From: the human T2T-CHM13v2.0 reference genome, Homo sapiens
Direction: 5' to 3' (one strand)
Length of the DNA stretch: 64,000 bases
Assembly (NCBI RefSeq): GCF_009914755.1
Contig: NC_060938.1
Shown in pieces: positions 59,621 through 64,000 of this stretch. The notes below the pieces were generated by a model. It worked only from the letters and a program-made list of their open reading frames with translations. It did no database searches and was not told where the DNA came from. A program made the translations under genes and the position numbers. Each line of letters opens with the position of its first letter. Positions within the stretch are counted from its first letter, which is position 1.

Positions 59621-61123
59621 TGTGTCTGGTGTTGCACTGTTACCAGCATTGACAAAGAACCATGAGTAGGATGGAAAAGACAAGTTCGTTGAATTACAGT
59701 TTTTTTTCAAGAGGATTGTGCAAACATAGAAAAATAAGCATGCTAGTGATCATAACTAACTACCACAAGAGCAAATTAAGTAAACATATTCCTTATGACA
59801 GATAGATGTCAGAGTGCTAATGAAGCATAACACATGACCTGGTAACTGGGCCGTTACTAAACAATACTAACCCCAGCTCCCAACAGCTCATTAACCACAT
59901 CATGGAGTCAGACCCATTGCCTGCTCTTTTGGCATGATTCTGAAAGAACCCAATAGTTACTCAAATCTATCTAAAACAATCTGGGTAAACAAAGGCGATA
60001 TTTACCCCCTCATTGTTGCTATGTCCTGAAAACGAATTCTTCTATTATACTTTATCACAGCACAAAAGGAGCATGTCGGCATGCCCCTCCCTCACACACC
60101 TGGCCTGGAAATATGCATGTTTAATACCAGAACAGGTGATGCTGCCTCCTTTAATCCATTGGGGATTTTGGTTTTGCTTTAGTTCAACTTTTCCCCCACA
60201 TGAACATTTGTATTTTTATTTCTTCTCACATGTGGCTATTTTCATTTTTAAATATCACTGATAATATCATAAAGGAGCACTGATGAAGGACCTTCACTAT
60301 TTTACGTGGTCTATACCCCAGCTTGTACTGTGATTGTGATATTGGATGACTAACTGAACTCTATTATCAAAGTCTCTTCATTTGTAATTTCCAGGTATAT
60401 TAAGTAGGCTGAGTGTTTGGTGCTCTCCTCCTTTTGCAGATTTCCAAACAACCCACCAGTTTAAGGTCCCACTTGTACTCTAGAGGCATCTAATTCTAAG
60501 CGTTCTTGGGGGCTGTTAAGATGAAGTAAGTTGCTTCTGGGCCTCCTCATCTAAAAGCTAGAATTTCAACTTTCTCTAAACATCTACATTAATAATTATT
60601 TATCCAGCTCCTGTCCAGTTTCCTAAATTATGCTGCTATTGCATTTTCTCTCTCTTTTGTGGATTTATGTTTTTAAAAATATTATTGTTATTATCACATA
60701 TTTAGGAAAAAAAGCTGGTACATTTTAAAAATAATAATGGAGTGTATACAAATCTCTGACTGGACCCATTTAGAGATATATATATATAGAGAGAGAATTA
60801 CTTTTTTCAAAATTTATTCACAAGGTAGTAATGAATCTATTTGACTATCAGATCAGAAGCGGCTAAATTTGTAATATTATTTGAACATATATGGAATCAG
60901 AAGGGTATAGCACAGGACTGAGTGCGGAGAAGCTATGGTTCATTGTACCCTAGTGTCGGTGGAGAAGAACTACACAAAAGAAGACTGATCACTGTTCCAG
61001 CTGCTAGTCAAATTCCCAAACCAGCTCTCCATTATTGGCATAAAGATCAATGGAAGAATTTCTAATATTTCCAGCAATGATCTTGAGGCTTGAACTAACT
61101 CTGAATTGGTAGAATCAAAAGGC

Positions 61124-61668
61124 ATGAGTAAAATAAAAGATGAACATCTGACTCATTTGTGTGTGGCTGCAACACAATGCCTCACAGTCTCCCGCATGTC
61201 AAGGCACACATAGAAATTAATTACATTCATACAACACTTCAGTGTGGAATGACGCTGCTTGAAACCAGCCCATGACTCCAACTTCCTTGAGAACTCTGCC
61301 TGCCTTAAGCCACGATGAGATAGAGATCTTCCCACACACACGATCAAGAAAAATGTAAATCTGTGGTGCATGGTCCTTACAAAAATATCCCTATCTTTAT
61401 GAAAGCTGTATGTAACCAAGTAAATATGGATGAAAATTTTCAGTGTCTTTGGATTCTAAAACTGATCTGAAATTGAAAATAATGTGTCAAATTCTGATTA
61501 TTTATAGAGACACAGGCATGTTCTTGTAAATTTTGTTAGTTTAGACACATGGAAAGAGAAGAGTGAGTGAAATATAAAAATGTTAAATAAGAAACACAGA
61601 TCTCTGTTGATTGCAGGGCCCCAACCTGAGCAATCAGCCACCTGCTCCTGTACTGTGGCTGCACAGAG
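61124..61668 (+). pseudogene. Heavily eroded TRAV relic
   Basis: 61553-61660 reads KEKSE*NIKMLNKKHRSLLIAGPQPEQSATCSCTVA (FR3-like), followed by heptamer-like CACAGAG at 61662-68. Leader-like ..LICVWLQ at about 61124-61180. Confidence 0.62.
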
Positions 61669-62174
61669 CTCTTGTTACCTCTGATCATTGCCACCAGGTC
61701 TTCTGTGCCAGTGCAGAAGCACAAGGCTGGCTTTTGAAAAGAAGTTTGGTGAAACAGGCAGATGTTTCAGATCAAGCTATTAGAGACTAGCAGAAATCAG
61801 CCAGAGGAAGCATACATTTTTATTGTTGATTTCTCACAAGTTCTCAAAAAGACTATTTTTCATTGAACTCCAGAGCTTTTGTGGCTTGCTGAATAACAAA
61901 CTGTTGTACAACTCACTTAAGCAAGTGCCATTTTACTATCTCATGATACTTCTGCTCCTTGTGATGCTGACTGCAGCTAGGGTCCTCTGGGGGCTTGCCT
62001 GACTAGAACCCCTGGAGCTCACTTCCATACCCGGAGCCTTGGTGGGAATGCGGAAGGCTGGGCTCATCTCTCATCCCAACTATTCTCAGGGCTTTCATTA
62101 CACATGGCCTCTGCATGTGGTCTCTCATCAAGATCTCTCTAGGGCTTCCAATATTACAAAAGTGGAAGGTGCCA

Positions 62175-62368
62175 GGCCTTTTTAATGTTTAGGCCAGAAC
62201 TGCCACAATATTATTTCTACTGCATTCTCATGCATACATAAGAACCATGAATGTGACATTACTTGGAAAAGGGCCTTTTTAATGTTTAGGCCAGAACTGC
62301 CACAATATTATTTCTACTGCATTCTCATGCATACATAAGAACCATGAATGTGACATTACTTGGAAAAG
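62175..62368 (+). repeat. Perfect 97-bp tandem duplication inside an MLT1-like LTR
   Basis: 62175-62271 is identical to 62272-62368. Confidence 0.96.
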
Positions 62369-62859
62369 GGGCCTCTGTAAATATAATTAAAATTGAGTCA
62401 TAGAGCCAACCCAGAGTCAACATAGAAGGGAAATACACAAGGGCATGAATATCAGAAGCACGATTTTGAGGGCATCTTTGGATACTAACTCCCACAAGAG
62501 CTAACTAAGTAAACATATTCCTATGCCAGATAGATATCAGAGTGCTAATGAAGCATAACACATGACCTTGATAATCCAGTAATTATCAAGGTCATGTCAA
62601 TTTGAACTTCCAAATACTGCTCGTATCTGTTTCTCTATTTCTATATTGCTTACTGCTTTCCTAATTTAGGCATTCAGCACCTCTCACTTGGATGATTGCA
62701 ATGGCTTCCTAATTGTCTTCCTGCCTCTATTCTCAACTCTTTGAATCTAACTTCTACATGGCAACTAGAGTTATTATAAAATGTATCTAATAAGATCACT
62801 TCCTGCCTCCCTTTGGGTAGTAAGGAACCACTAGAAGTTGAAACTCTGTATTAAAACTA

Positions 62860-63172
<313 letters not shown>

Positions 63173-64000
63173 AAAAATACAAGGCCATCTACAGAATCCT
63201 GTTTACCTTCTATTTTAATCTTCCATCCTTCTCTCATATATGTAATATATATATATTTATATTATATATATTTATATATTATATATGTATATTTAAATTC
63301 TAACCCTTTATGTGAATATTAAGGGCCTTCCTAAATCTGACCCCTTTTCCCAGAATATATTTTTCCCATTGTAATATGCACACAGGTCTACTCACCCTTT
63401 ATGGCCCAATTCAGGCATTATTTATTTTTTATCTGAGATTTCATAGAATCTCATAGAATCTGAGATTTCATAGAATAACACTTGTAACATCTTATTATAA
63501 ATATTTTTGAATCTGATCCTCTCTTACAATTGTTTTGACAAAAATATTTGCCACTGAGAGCTATTATATGTTTATATTCAATGGAAATGTTTCCTACTAG
63601 GAAATGCAGAGATTCAGTCTAAGAGTGCAGAGATTTCTTTTACTCCTTGAACCAATGCATGGCCAGCTTCCCTTCTCTTCCTTTAGTAAATTTCCACTTC
63701 CAACCATAAGATCTAGAGAGAGGCTACAAGACAGACCATGCTGCGAGTTGGGAAAGGGCAAGCTTGACCCGGGCGAGATTCCTCTGTCTGGGTTTATGCC
63801 TCCTACGTAAACTGCACCAGTACTGCTGCCCTGGATGAAGAGAAGAGGATTTCTAAAGCCCCCACAGGTGCTCCTTGCACACTCCTTGCTCTTCTTGAAT
63901 GGGGAAGGAGTCCTTATTGCCTTAAAATTGTTAGCTTTGTCTTCATTTTGAGATCCAAATCCAATATTCCTACGAAGGAAAAAAAAGCATCCCAGTGGCA

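Overview
Human (primate) T-cell receptor alpha/delta locus (TRA/TRD, 14q11.2), germline V region, all V genes on the + strand. Five intact V genes each have a leader exon, intron, V exon and 23-RSS: TRAV21 (6189-6724), TRAV22 (24351-24869), TRAV23/DV6 (40126-40635), TRDV1 (49724-50293) and TRAV24 (59077-59581). Roughly half of the window is transposon-derived (L1, Alu, MaLR/MLT2/ERV1 LTRs, HSMAR2, Tigger1, an SVA fragment). The main less obvious result is a layer of fossil V genes between the functional ones. These are a TRAV8-like pseudogene (19.7-20.0 kb), a TRAV26/TRAV4-like gene broken by three transposon insertions (1.8-4.6 kb), a TRAV23/TRAV29-like relic (47.0-47.4 kb) and an eroded relic 3' of TRAV24 (61.1-61.7 kb). 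Also notable are locally templated insertions, a perfect 90-bp palindrome and reverse-oriented CTCF-like motifs 3' of TRDV1, an SVA with a 3' transduction, and a TRAV22 germline read-through ORF. This is a heavily studied locus, so some relics may already be catalogued; I could not check. I see no evidence for a wholly new biological system.
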